Positions 12,480 to 26,070 of a DNA stretch of 64,000 bases are shown here, piece by piece. Within the stretch, counting starts at the first letter, position 1; every line of letters starts with the position of its first letter. Source of the stretch: Pseudovirgaria hyperparasitica (Eukaryota); NCBI GenBank assembly GCA_010093815.1, contig ML996576.1; one strand, written 5' to 3'. The translations under genes were made by a program, and so were the position numbers. The notes beneath the pieces are model-generated. The model searched no databases. It had not been told where the DNA came from and was given only the letters and a program-made list of their open reading frames with translations.

Positions 12480-14385
12480 ATGGAGTCCCTCTTGCGCCAG
12501 TCTCGGGCTATGTGCCCCTTCTTGAAGAAGACTTCTCCTGCGACCCTGAGGTCTCTTTCGACCTCCACAGCCCACAATGCTTCTCCGGGCGGTGGAAGCA
12601 TGTCCAATCTGCAGCTTCTCGGCCGCCGTTGTCCTATAATGGGCAAGGCGCTCGCTGTACAAAGCGCCAAGAACACGAATGCTCTGCTCGCTGGGACTTA
12701 CGGTGGCATGCGAGCCTACCACTCCAAGGTCGGCCGTGCCAAATTGCACACCAGCTCTCCAAAGGAAGCGCAGGCTGTCGATATCCGTGTGGCGAGGCAT
12801 GATAAAGGTGGGCGCAAGCTAGAACGCTACTGTGACTTCATCGCTAATTAGGCTCGCTATAGTGCCTTATCCGCAATCCGTCAAGTCTGCTGCGGTGCAG
12901 CAGACCACGCAGCAATCCGGACCTCCACCGAGCCCGCAACCTGTCAAATTCGACTATGAGCGATTCTACCAGACTGAATTGGACAAGAAGCACAAGGACA
13001 AGTCCTACCGCTACTTCAACAACATCAACCGTCTTGCGCAAGAGTTTCCACGCGCTCACATGGCAGACAAAGACGCAAGAGTGACGGTGTGGTGCTCAAA
13101 CGACTATCTAGGCATGGGACGCAACCCACAAGTCTTGAAGAAGATGCATGAGACATTGGACAAGTATGGTTCTGGTGCTGGGGGTACCCGAAACATTTCA
13201 GGTCATAATCAGCACGCTATGAGCCTTGAAAAGACTGTTGCAGACCTACATGCAAAGGAAGCCGCCTTGGTATTTTCATCGTGCTATGTTGCAAACGATG
13301 CCACGCTGGCGACGCTCGGCAGCAAATTCCCAGACTGCGTTATCCTTTCCGACTCGCTGAACCACGCGTCCATGATTCAAGGCATTCGCCACTCTGGCGC
13401 CAAGAAGTTGGTGTTTAGGCATAATGATGTTGAAGATTTGGAGGCCAAACTGGCTTCACTTCCTCCAGATGTTCCTAAGATCATTGCTTTTGAAAGTGTT
13501 TACAGCATGTGTGGTTCTGTCGGGCCGATCGAGGAGATCTGTGACCTAGCAGAGAAGTATGGTGCCATAACCTTTTTGGACGAGGTTCACGCCGTTGGTA
13601 TGTATGGAGCAAAGGGGGCTGGTGTCGCAGAACATTTGGATTTCGAGGCGCACGCTGCTGGAAAGCCAAAGGGCACCGTCATGGACCGTATCGATATTAT
13701 CACAGGAACCCTCGGAAAAGCATACGGCTGCGTCGGCGGCTACATCGCTGGCTCTGCCAGAATGGTCGACGCTGTTCGGTCCCTCGCACCTGGCTTCATT
13801 TTTACCACTTCGCTTCCTCCGGCGACCATGGCTGGAGCCCAAGCTGCAATTGAGTATCAAATGAACTACCAAGGAGACCGACGTCTGCAACAGTTACATA
13901 CACGTGCAGTTAAGGATGCTTTTGAGGCCAAGGACATCCCTGTCATTCCAAACCCAAGCCACATCGTTCCACTTCTAGTCGGTAATGCTGAGGTCGCTAA
14001 GCAAGCCAGCGATATGCTACTCGAGGAACATGGTATTTACGTCCAAGCGATCAACTACCCAACCGTTCCCGTCGGCCAGGAGCGACTCCGCATCACTCCC
14101 ACTCCTGGCCACATCCGCGAATACCGAAATGAATTAGTTGATGCTGTCGAGGCAGTTTGGGACAAATTGGGCATCAAGCGTACCAGCGATTGGGCAAAGG
14201 AAGGAGGCTTCATCGGCGTAGGAGAAGCCGAGAAGGTGGTTCCAGAGCCTCTCTGGACTGACGAGCAGCTCGGTATTGACAAGGTTCTGAAGGAGATGAG
14301 TGCCGGTGGCGCTGTCGGCGTTCTCGAGACTGTTCTTGAGAATGAGCGTGTTGAAGCTGCGAAGCTTGTTTCAGCTGCTGCTTAA
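12480..14385 (+). CDS. HEM1: Mitochondrial 5-aminolevulinate synthase. Exons 12480-12807, 12863-14385
   Basis: Presequence with CP motifs (MCPFL, RRCPIM), [28 protein letters not shown] and the PLP-lysine motif TLGKAYG. Confidence 0.98.
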
Positions 14386-15143
14386 GTACAACTCCTTTAC
14401 GGTCTTTACAGATAATTTCTGCCCCGGTCTAGCGCACTCAATGCTAATGCCTTGGTCTGTACCAGACCGACGGCGGTCCCTTGCGATTCCACCACCTTCA
14501 TGTTGACGTGACTAAAGAACTTTTATGCATATGTGTACAGGATAACCTCGCGCATAGGACAAGTCATCCAAAGAAATCGTGAAAATCGAAAGATCATTTG
14601 TACGTATGACGAACTTTAAAGTAATACCCATCGCACGTGACCATCACTGACTAAGCGATACACTAGCCGCGCGATACCTGAGTCGCGCCTAGTGAACGAG
14701 ACAAGTGAACGCCAACTCGCTGAAGGAGAACCTTTGCTCAGGGAAGTGAACAGCTCCAGACAGCTGTTGAACAGCATTGGCATGACCTATTGATGACTCT
14801 TCTCGGTCCTCAATAGACATCCCAGCCTCTGCAGATTCCTTCACCTTGTCAAAGGATCTTCCGACGCAAGCATCCACCTACCATCCCCGCGCATCTTAAC
14901 TTCTACAATCTTCGCGCAACTCCAACGCTTCAAGTATTCTCTTGTTAACTCAACCGAACCGCGCGAGTCCATACAATCATCAACCATCCGCATCCTAAAT
15001 AGCTTCTAATTCTACGTAAGCTAAACACCACTGTGGAACGCCTGTCAGAGCTGTGCTTCGAAGAACCGTATGTGCGACGAGGTCACACTATCGACTTCTT
15101 TCCTTTCCTTTCCTTTCCTGTGAAGCGCTGAAAGGTGACGGAG

Positions 15144-18100
15144 ATGGCTCCTGCAAACAAAAGGAAGAGAGGTGATAGGACATTTGCACACGACAGCAAT
15201 GACGGCGGCAGGCCTTCTCCGCACCGTCCGCAAGAGATGAACACCGGAGGTCAGAACAAATCGTATAACAGTAACAACAATAATCGCGGCGGTAGACGAG
15301 GCAGCCGTGGAGGTCGAGGAGGAGGATATCAACCCCCAAGAAGTCCTGCCACTCCGGCTAGGCCAAGCCAAAACCCAACTCCGACAGCTATGTCGCCTCC
15401 GCAAAATCCATCTTTCAACAAGCCTCCACCTGCACAGTCTGTACAGCAACCCCGAATTCAAGCACCGCCAAACCTCGACCCAGTACCGCTTCCAAATCCT
15501 AATGGAATTCCGTTCTACTACGAGTACATCACTGACAGCTGCATATCATCGTGGAAGGCAGAGGGCAGAAACAATTTGGTCAATGCCACGAAGCAAGCTT
15601 TGGTTGACGATGACTACCTTGTATTCAACATTGTATTCCAAGAGCTTATCCGAGCTGGTTTGGATGGACACCTGGATGCTACTGAAGCTGGCGCTACTGT
15701 AAAAGACATCTTGGCTGATGCTGTTGACGCAGACAACGCGTCGCAGTTCCTTGACACCTTGTCCGTTATGATTGAAGGGCTAAATCCGATTCCCCCTCGA
15801 CTACATCCGCTTCTCGTAGCCACCGAGATCGATCCTATGCAGATGCGAACTGAACTCGATGTTCCCGTTCTTACTGCTCTTGGTCTTATACGAGACACAT
15901 TCTTTAGGAGCTCTATCCGCAAGACTACGAACGAGCTGTACCGACAATGCGCTTTCAACCTACTCCGCGAAGAGTCGGAGGGCTACTCCAAGCTCATGAC
16001 TGAGTACTTTCAGGCCGTGAACGAGCAGGGCCCTAGCGGACCGTTCGTTGCTAAATGTTTCGAGAAAGTCAAGGCTCTCATCGGAACATTCGACCTTGAC
16101 GTTGGCCGTGTTCTTGATGTTACCCTGGATGTGTTTGCAAGTTTACTCGTGAAGCACCACAAATTCTTCATCAAACTTCTGCGCTGTAGCTACTGGTGGC
16201 CAGTCCATCGCGCTGTCGAGGGCATTGAGGTTGCAGACCCAGGTTTCACTTCTCTACCTAATTGGGCAGAGCCAGACTATGAGAAATGGTTTGCTACCGA
16301 CGATGAAAAATCTCGCTTCAACTCATTACGCGAGATTCGTGACCAGGGTTTTTGGCTTCGTGTCAAAGAGATAGGCATGGGTGCCTTCTTCGAGCTTGGT
16401 GGACGTCGCATAATCAAGGACCGCAATGAAACGAAAGTCTCAAATGGTGACTCGAATGGAGTCGACGAAGCAGAACAGGAGGACACTGACGCTCAGTGGA
16501 GACGGATCACTGGTCTACTACCGCCATCCGGCAATCACATTGCTGCGCAGCTTCTCGGCTTCAAGTTACGATTCTACGCGTCAAGCGCCCGGGACACTAA
16601 CGATATACTCCCTGACAATCTCATCTACCTGGCTGGCTTGCTTATCAAGATTGGATTTATCTCGATTCTTGATCTCTATCCGCATCTGTATCCTGCTGAG
16701 GAAGACATGCCGGCCCTGAAGGACAAGTTGATGAAAGAAAAGGCTGAGCGAGAAAAGAAAAACCGACCTGGAGGAGGCACAATGAACGCTCTTGCTATGG
16801 CTGGTGCTTTGGTTGATGACACGCTACCACCAGCTGTTGCGCGGTTACGAGCTGAAGAGGCCCGAGCTTCCTCTCTCAGACCAGACGCATCGTCTGACGC
16901 AGGAAAGAGAGAAGAAGACGACAAGAACAAGTTACCAGATCCAGTGGACCAAAAGTACAAGCTCCTGCAGACTCTGTTACTCATGGGCGCCATACCAGAA
17001 TCTTTGTTCATCCTAGGACGTTACCCATGGCTGCTTGATGTCTATCCCGATCTCCCCGAACACATTCATCGAATTCTGCACCAATGTCTAAGCAAGGTTT
17101 ATGATCCCCTCAAGCCTATCATCGAAGAGGACGGTCTCCGTACGCCTAAGAAAATAGCAGAAGAGGTCGGGGGTTTGACAAAGGGGCAGCTGAGTCTCAA
17201 CGATGGTTATACCAGACGAGTTCTTCGGTGGGCTCAGCTTGATCGTATGGATGCTGGTGACAATGGAACGGACTACAAATACTACTGGGACGAATGGACG
17301 GACAATGTGCCGATCTGCCAAAATGTCGATGACGTCTTTACGCTCTGCGGATCGCTTCTGAATCTGTCTGGTGTCAAGATTGGCAGAGACTCGAAGCTCA
17401 TGATCAAGCTCGCCCGCATCGGGAAGATGAGTTTGGAACAAGATCCATCCAACGCAAATTTTAAACGATGGCAGGATCTCTGCAAGCGACTTCTCGTTCC
17501 GGCCCTGAGTCTTGCATCTGGGAACCCCGGCGTTCTGAACGAGGTCTTTGAGCTCCTCCAAAGGTTCTCAACCGCGGTGCGATACAACATGTATGCCGAA
17601 TGGTTCACTGGCGCCACAAGCAGGCTTCCAGACATTGCTGTTGCGTTTGATCAGTCAAAAGCCGAGACGAAGGATGTTCTCAAGAGGATCAGCAAAGAGA
17701 ATGTCAAGCAAATGGCACGAGCACTAGCCAAAATCGCGAACGGCTCACCAGGTATTGTTTTCCAGGTCACTCTGAACCAGATCGAGTCGTACAGCAATCT
17801 TATCACAGTCGTCATTGAATGCGCCAAATATTTTACCTATCTTGGGTACGACGTTCTCACTTGGTCTCTATTGAACTCTCTTGGCGGTCGAGGACGAGAC
17901 CGCATGCAGGGTGATGGCATGCTTACCAGTCCGTGGCTCAAAGCGCTGTCTACCTTTACCGGCGGCGTCTTCAAACGATACGCTAACATGGACCCAACAC
18001 CGGTCCTACAGTACATCACTTATCAGCTTCGCAACGGCGTTTCTACCGATCTTGAAATCCTGGAACAGATGCTGGAAATCATGTCTGGTGTTCGATCCGA

Positions 18101-21100
18101 GATTGAGTTCAACGGTCCTCAGGTCTTGGCTATGGCTGGCTCTACCACTCTACGTGCAAGGACTCTGGCCCAAGTTCTGGATCATCGCACAAAACCTGAG
18201 ACTCAATTGTCGGCCCATCGCCTGATACAAAGTCTTGTGAAGCCACGACTCGCTGCTCCATTACTCATCTCCATCGCGCAGGAGCGCCAAGTTCATGTTT
18301 TCCGTGATGAGAACAAAGACGTGCCTCTCAAAGTCGCTGCGAATAACTTGGACAAGCTTCATCATCTGTTTGTCCAATATCTCGATGTACTGCGCTACAA
18401 CCTCAACGTAGACGAGTTCGACTCTATCGTCCCAGACTTGGTCAGCTTGATAGCCGAATACGGCGTGGAGCCCAGTATCGCTTGGGCCATCTGCAGAGAC
18501 AGCTTAACTAAGAAAATCAATGGGTATGATGCCGCCTTGAAAGAAAAGAAAGAGCAGGACGAGAAAGAAAGAAAGGCTCACTCAACAAATCAAGTCAAGA
18601 AGAGCGATGATGATGTCGAGATGGTCGACAACGAGAGTAAACCTGTGGTAACTGCCGAGGGTGAGAGTTCGAGATTAAAACAGGATGAAGACATGAAAGA
18701 TGCTCCCCAATCCATAGATGCCACAACGCCAACCACGGCACCAGCCGACCCTGCTGATCCTTCTCATCCCATTCTGAAAGAAATTGCGGAACGCCTCAAA
18801 TCTGCCCTGCCCGAGGACCTCGAGGACAGGATGAGCCTCGCATTTTACACTCGATTCTGGCAACTTGGTCTACACGATCTGCATGTTCCCATGGAGCAGA
18901 ATACGGCCGAGACAGACAAGATAAGGGCCCAGCAAGCAGCAATCCGTGCCGGCAAGACCGACGTCAGTACTTCGGGCAGAGACAGGAAGAAGCGACAGAT
19001 CGCTGAACTCAATGACGAAGTTGATATGCTCAACGCAGGGGCTAAATCGATGCTCCAAGTTCACACTATCACTTTCAGCAGGCTCAAGCAAGAGAACAAA
19101 TTTTGGTTCACCAGCCTCACACTTAACAATGCCCAACTTCATCAAGCAATTCTTCAAGACTGCTTCCTCCCTCGTATTCTGATCTCGGCCTACGACGCTC
19201 ACTACGTCTTCAGAATGCTGTTCTACCTCCATAATGCAGGCACTCCGGGCTTTCACACGTGGACAATGATCGACCAGATTTTCAAAGACAAACTCCTTAC
19301 TCCACTAATCTTCCAGTTCACGTCACGAGAAGCTTCAAACTTTGGGCGTTTCTTGAACGACCTGCTTAAAGAGTTGGCTAAGTGGCATGCAACACGGGAT
19401 GAGTATTGTCGATTAGCTTATGGCACAAAGAGAGATCTTCCCGGTCTTGCAAGGAAGTTAGACGACAACAAAAAGCGACCGACAGACTTCTTAGACTTTG
19501 ATGAGTTCCGGCAGTCACTATTCAAATGGCACAACAATCTTAAGACGGCACTGATGAACTGCCTGAAAGGCGGTGAGTACATGCACATCCGCAACTCCAT
19601 TATCATGCTTCGAGCCATGCATGAAAACTTCCCGTCTGTGGACTTCATGGGCAAAACGTTAGTTGAGTCTGTACGAGAGATCGCGCAGAATGATACCCGC
19701 GGAGATTTGAAACTCATGGCCCAATCGCTTGTTGGTCTTCTATCAAGACGCCAGAAGTCATGGATTATGCCACAAGCATTCAGACCGGTAGGAACATCTT
19801 CCGCAAACGTGCAAAGCACTTTGATGGCTAATATACATCAGGGAGGTGCCGTTGGATCCACAGGCAGGGGCGGTTCAGCAAGGCCAGATACACCACAGCC
19901 TGGGATTTCTGGGCTCAATGCCACGGCTTCTGAATTTAAACCAGTAGGCAAAGCAAAGTGAGTCTAGTACCGAACCTACGACCGACTCCATCTAACATCA
20001 CATCAGTGGAGCCGTTACTAAGCCAGGAGGTGGCGATGATGATTCGGACGGTGAAATAGACGAAACAAAGGGCTCTGTTCGTCAAAGGACAGCTAACGCG
20101 CCGGCTGGGATGTCCAGTGCTAATGACACGAAGCCCATGGATCAAGAATCTGCACCTGGGAAGATGGAGGTCGAGAAGCACAGAGCGAGTGATTACGCGA
20201 CGCCGCCGACCTTCTCTGCCTCTGGACCACAAAAGCCAGATGGAAGTCGCCCTCCCAGCCAACCAGCAGCTTCACGAGTTCAGCACGCCCTTCCCAATCG
20301 CCCTGACGGCTTCTCTCGTGGAAAGCCTAACGACCGCCCACTCGATCGTTCCCTGGATTATCGCAGCCACGCAAACTCGACCCCACAAGCTGATGGTCGT
20401 CGACTGCCTCCTAATGGCGAGTATGGAAGATTAGAGCAAGTAGGAGAGACCTACCCTTATCGAGATCCTCGAGAACGATCCCCAAATCGTGGCGTTCGTG
20501 GTCGCAGCTCAGAGCGGGATCGACGCGAGCCAAACCGAGATCCAAATTGGATGGGCACGAGAGAGCTGTCGCGTGACCACCCTGACAATCGAAGAGTGCG
20601 GCCTATGCCCTCTAGAGATGGGCTGTCAGACGTACGACCTCCCTACGAGAGTCCGAGAGATGGACGTGATCGATTTGGTCCTGATTCCAGACCTTCACCG
20701 ACTGCAGACGGTCATCGACGACTGCAGGGTGTCGGTCCTGTGAGCTCACCTGCGTCTGGATACCATGGCCCAGGCCGAGAAACCCCGACAGGTCCACATC
20801 AACAACGTCCAGAAAGAGGAATGCTAAATCCGCCGCCCAAATTTGATCGCAACGCTGATCGCAATGCTCACCCGGTTGATCATTCAGCAGGCGTCAATCC
20901 TGCTCGCGCTCAACTGATCGAAGCTGAAATACGCGAAAAGACTCGCGATAATATGCGTGGCGAGCATGACGGGCCTCGTGGACGTGGCTCTAGACCTCAT
21001 TCTCCAAGACGTGATGATCGCATCGCACCAGGACCATATCCTCCCAGAGGAAGTGACGGATCAAGGGGCGAAGGTGCTAGAGGCGACGGTCCCAGAAGTG

Positions 21101-22632
21101 ATTATCGTGATGAGAGAGGGACTCCCTCTGAGCGACCGCCTCTTTCTGGCTACTCGATTGCGCCACATGATAGGCGTGATGATCCAAGCGGCGGGCCACC
21201 CCCATCTGGACCTCGTGGTGAGCGCGGTGGCATGCGCGAGCTTTTCCAGCCCTCAAACAACCCAAGAAATCCTGCAGACCCTGATCATGGACGTCTCAAC
21301 CGCGAGTTTACTCAACCAGCTCGTCCAAATCAGGATCCGAACTATGGTCGACTCAACTCAGGCTCAGAAGTTCCTTCTGGGCCAAGACCCCGAGGGCGGC
21401 CTGGACGAGAGAGTCGTAACTTTGCGAACGTTCAGGGTGCTTCGGTACAGCCTCCAGCATCCCCTGCAAGCGATAGAGCACCGCCTGGACCTCTCGATGA
21501 CCGGCGAGAACAGCGGTCAGCTGATCTTATGGCAGTGACTTCATCTGCTCCACCGACCCCGTCTACCGAGCAGCCGACAGCTACAGAGATAGCCGGTATT
21601 CATCCGAGTCGGCTTAATCATATTCAGACAGATGTACCGCCACCTTCTGGCCCTCGAAATTCCCAGCGCCCACTTGCCGGGCCATCGCCGTCCGCACGAG
21701 GTCCTCCAACTGGGCCTGCTTTCGGTTCTGATCGTGAGCGACCTCCTCGATCTGATCATCGTGGAGAAGACAAACGATTCGTAGGTGTACAGAATATTCT
21801 GCAACAGGCAAATTCCGGTGGCTCTTTCGAGCGCAATCCAACTGATCGCGGCGCGCCTAATCGTGCCATTGTAAGACCAGGACGATCGTCTGGCCTTCCA
21901 TCGCCAAATCAACCTTCGACTCCTATCAGCGTCAATCCTGATAACGTGCAACCCCCTACTGGCGGCCGCGACCTGATGGCTTCGAATTCCCAAGGCGAGA
22001 CAGGCTCTCAAGATGAGCGCAACGAAGGTCGTGGCAGCCGACGAGATGGCCGTGATAGCAAGTCCAGCCGACATCGCGAGCGCGAGAGAAGTCCACGTGG
22101 CGAGAAAGAGGGAAGCAATCGACGCGAGCGCGACGATGGACGCACTGAGCATCGAGACAAACGGCCTACCACCAGCGCTGAACGTCCAGAGCGATCCGAA
22201 CGACCAGAGAGGGTTGAGAGTGGGAGAGAGAGTAGTCGACGCAATGGCAGAGAAGAAGGGAGAGAAAGAGATCGTGGGAATGAGCGAGGCGGAGAGCGCG
22301 AACGTGAACATAGGGAGAGGCGTGAAGGACGCGGAGACAGGGATCGCGAACGGGAAGCCGGTGGATCACATCTACTGCATCAGAGCTCGCGAAATGAAGG
22401 TCGTAGACCACCTCTACCTCCCCAAGCTCCACCACCAGGTCCTCTGCCCAACAATACTTGGCAGGGAGACAGACCTAGTGACATGAGGATTCGCGGTGAG
22501 GGCCATAGAAGAGATAGCGGTGACTTACGAGGAGGTGAAAGAGGCGGGAGAAAGAGAGGAAGAGGAGACGAGCCCGGATCAGGGCCCCAAGGGGGACACC
22601 TAGACAAGCGGCCGCGACGGTCTCAGGGGTAG
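15144..22632 (+). CDS. THO2: THO complex subunit 2 with long low-complexity C-terminal tail. Exons 15144-19787, 19842-19957, 20007-22632
   Basis: LYRQCAFNLLREESEGYSKL, LIGTFDLDVGRVLDV, QLLGFKLRFY and EYMHIRNSII motifs. The intron at 19958-20006 joins the 1608-aa and 840-aa ORFs in frame. Confidence 0.95.
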
Positions 22633-23603
22633 AACGAGTATCAACAACCTGTTTTGTCAGAACGCACATCGACGATGTGGTCATAAAGTTGACCATACTT
22701 TACAAAGTTCTCATTTTGTTTTACGAATCGATCTGGACCCGCGTTGAAGCACGGCTGCTATAGGAGCATGGCCTGCGGTGGTCTAGGTTCATCTTTGGCT
22801 GTACTATCATCACTTACTGCATTCGGAGGCGTCATTCACGGTCGACTGCTATACTACTACACGATTACAACCAGATGTTCTCAGCATGTGTACTGGCGTA
22901 CATCCGAGTCGGCATCTCTTGACATTAATACTCTACTTCTGAACGACTGAATTACTATATCTTTGCAAAATCTTCATCGCCTGGGCACAGGTCTGTGCCG
23001 CTCAAAAACTGCTATGCATGGGAGGTTGAACACAGTTCAACACCGTGCAGTTTGCCCTTCGTCATCAGCGACCGAGGGTGCCGAACGTCACTCGAATTGC
23101 TTTACTGCCTTGTCTTTTGTGTATGATACCCAATATTGCGGCTCCGGCTTGCTTTCCATCTGATGCCATCATCTGCTGCCACTCAAAGTGGCGAAAGTTT
23201 TCTTCAGAACAAGAAATGCATGTTTTGTTGCTAGAGCGTACTATGCACCTTGAATAGATCAACTTTCGAAGACCTTTTGCATCATTAACTATGACGTGTT
23301 CCATTCACGTGTGAGGATTTCACTCTCTCTTTCTCTCGAGCCTGATAGAATGGCCTATATTAATAGAAAGATTGCTCCATTCTAGTGCACTATATTATAG
23401 AGCTTTCTGCTAAGCTTCCTTGCCAGACGTGTTTATTTTATACCAATGTCCCCACTAGAGGCTCACCCTTTAGCGATCCATTAGTCTGTTCTTGGCGAAG
23501 ACCTCCGCCCCGTAACCTAAATTTTTGAGTCTTGCGAATGCTTTCCAGCAAGCTTAAATCGCCGCAATCGACGAAAAGTCCTACATACATTAACGTTACA
23601 GAT

Positions 23604-24514
23604 ATGGTTGCTGTACTTGGAAAGAGAAAGAGAAGAGTAGAGATTACTGCCGAGCGACCACAGCAGGCAGAAGAAGCAGAAAGCGACAATGAAGCCATGC
23701 GCGCAGCGTTTAAGAGAGCATTCGAGGCAAAGTTTCAGCCTCTGGAAGAAGTGAAACCTGCGAGTCCTCTCAACGCCCATGTACAGATACTGCGCGAAGC
23801 CGAAGGAGAGGAGCAATCCGAATTCAGTGGCTTCTCGTCAGAGGATGAGGAGGAGGAAAATGTCGAGGTAGTAGAGGTCGCCACGGTTTCAAGACACAGA
23901 ACAGAGGGCACAATCAGATCCGAACAGCGGAAGTTCATGGTAAGCAGCTTGCGAAGCAGCACACATCTACTTCAGCTCATGATCTAAAAAAACAATAGTC
24001 TTCAAAACCCCCCATATCCATCACCAAGATCCCACCCACCACGAAATCCAAAAAGCCACCCTCCGACTCCGACGACGAAGGCGAAGCCGTAAATCTCAAA
24101 AAGGACCGCGAACTCCAACAACTCCTCCGCGAATCGCACCTTCTCGACCGCACCAGCTCCACCAGCCTGAATCCCACCGGCAAGAATCGTCACAAAGCAA
24201 TCGATCTTCGCATTCAAGGACTCGGATCCAAGGTATCGGTGTTTAAACAGGAGAAGATGCCCGCGTCCCACCGCAAAGGGATTGTGGCGAAAGCCAAGAA
24301 TAGAGAGGATACAAGGCGCAAGGAAGCGAAGGAGAATGGGATTGTGCTGGAGAGGCCGCAAATAAAGAAAGGGAGGGATGCGGCGAAGAAGAGGGACAGG
24401 GGGGTAGGTGGACCGGCGGTGGGGAGGTTCAAGGGAGGGACGCTGAGTTTAAGTAAGGGTGATATTAGGGATATTGTTGGATCGAGAGGTAAGGGCAAAG
24501 GGAAGCGGAGGTAA
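23604..24514 (+). CDS. FAF1: Pre-rRNA processing/40S biogenesis factor Faf1-like. Exons 23604-23939, 23999-24514
   Basis: FKRAFEAKFQPL, NLKKDRELQQLLRESHLL, KMPASHRKGI and VGRFKGGTLSLSKGDI match the Faf1 family pattern. Confidence 0.8.
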
Positions 24515-24852
24515 TTTCGAGGATGGGACATTATATGCTATATAAGAAATACCCAGGGCAGAAGTGAATCATCAAGGTGCGCCTGCTTGGTCTGTATGTA
24601 GCAGCCACGTACTCGTGACTATGAGTAGAGCACACCTATCAGCTCTTGATATCGGTATACAATTGCGCAACCTGCTATACGAAAGTTTTTGTGCGCAACA
24701 TGGATGGAATCAATTCAATCCATTCCCGAAAGGGTATATTTGAGGCTAGTCCGTGCACCGGAGGCTTCAGGCTTAAGCTAAAGCGACATCCTTTGGCCTT
24801 GGTTGAACACGCCGCAACACCACACACTCACGCCTGTTTCAACAGCGCGGCA

Positions 24853-26070
24853 ATGCCACCGCAAAGCAGAGGATTGCAGGTGCCCGCAGGATTCCAGTCA
24901 AAGTCAACGCCGAACCTCCCGACTCTCGCGTCGCTACGCCGATCGAAACATGTTACGACCACAGACTCTGATACCGGCGCGTTGGCTGAATCTCCAGAAA
25001 TCATCTCATCCTTAGAGTCCGCGTCACGCGAAGACGATATCGCAGACGAAGACTTACAGCAGTCGCCGAGTGGGATTGCTCTCGATCAAGATGAGGACTT
25101 TTCGTCCGACGCTGAGGATGCTGATACCACAGCACCGCGACAGCGACCGCTCTACACGCACGCATCGCGATCATTTTCTAGCCTGCCACCGCAGACAAAT
25201 TCTAGCATGCTATTTCCTCCATTCTATAATCGACCGCCTGCTCCACTCCCAGAATCTCCGACCTTGACCTCGCTGTTCAGGCCATCGTTTTCCGCACAAG
25301 CCTCAAGACCTACGACACCCGAGTCGTCTGATGTGGAACTTGGAGACACGGCTCCTTCGGGCGCAGCGACACCCGTCTCTACTACCACGACCACGGCCGA
25401 TATTAATACCTCTGCTCGCCTTGCGCCGCCCTCTGTCCCCCGAGCCTCACCCAAGGTGCCAACCTACGAATACTATGGGTTCGCGTTGTACCTCGCCTCG
25501 TCTGCAGCATTCATAATGTACTTGCTTTGGTCATACTTGCCTTCACCGTTTCTACATCAATTGGGCATACATTATTATCCAAACAGGTGGTGGGCGCTGG
25601 CGGTACCTTCATGGCTCGTCGTCCTGATCGTGTACATCTACATCGCGCTTGCAAGTTACAACACCCAATATCTCACGCTGCCATTATCGAGCTGCGAGAA
25701 CCTGGTTGACGAAGCGGGAGCCGTTGCGTGCATTGATACAAGATCAAGAAAGATTGTCAAGAATGGTGTCGTACCAGCTGGGTCTAGAAAGGGTTCGGCA
25801 AATGCAGCGTCAAGCCCAGTATCACCTACTGTAGGCAGGCGAGGAGGCGACCTCCGCACTATGAGCAATTTCGGTGTACAAACGACATTCATTGCTGGAT
25901 ATGACGTAGATTGGCGTACTCTGTGGAGCATTGGTACTGATGGTGTGCTCGATGTGCCTTTTGGGGGTGTCTGCGAGGTTCTCTATGGTGACTACCGCAG
26001 TAGCGACAACGACGACATTGCGAATGATGCTTTGAATCACACACCTACGCGAATGACTGAGAATGGATGA
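24853..26070 (+). CDS. GPI19: GPI-GlcNAc transferase subunit P (PIG-P) with long Ser/Pro-rich N-terminal extension
   Basis: EYYGFALY...YLLWSYLP...LGIHYYPNRWWALAVP with two transmembrane segments, and C-terminal DVPFGGVCEVLY. Confidence 0.9.
   Translation: MPPQSRGLQVPAGFQSKSTPNLPTLASLRRSKHVTTTDSDTGALAESPEIISSLESASREDDIADEDLQQSPSGIALDQDEDFSSDAEDADTTAPRQRPLYTHASRSFSSLPPQTNSSMLFPPFYNRPPAPLPESPTLTSLFRPSFSAQASRPTTPESSDVELGDTAPSGAATPVSTTTTTADINTSARLAPPSVPRASPKVPTYEYYGFALYLASSAAFIMYLLWSYLPSPFLHQLGIHYYPNRWWALAVPSWLVVLIVYIYIALASYNTQYLTLPLSSCENLVDEAGAVACIDTRSRKIVKNGVVPAGSRKGSANAASSPVSPTVGRRGGDLRTMSNFGVQTTFIAGYDVDWRTLWSIGTDGVLDVPFGGVCEVLYGDYRSSDNDDIANDALNHTPTRMTENG

Noticed and set aside
24646..24852. 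N-terminal 69 aa of the listed 474-aa ORF
   Set aside because: Starts at TTG and runs through promoter-like sequence; the ATG at 24853 is more plausible, though the ATG at ~24700 is not excluded.
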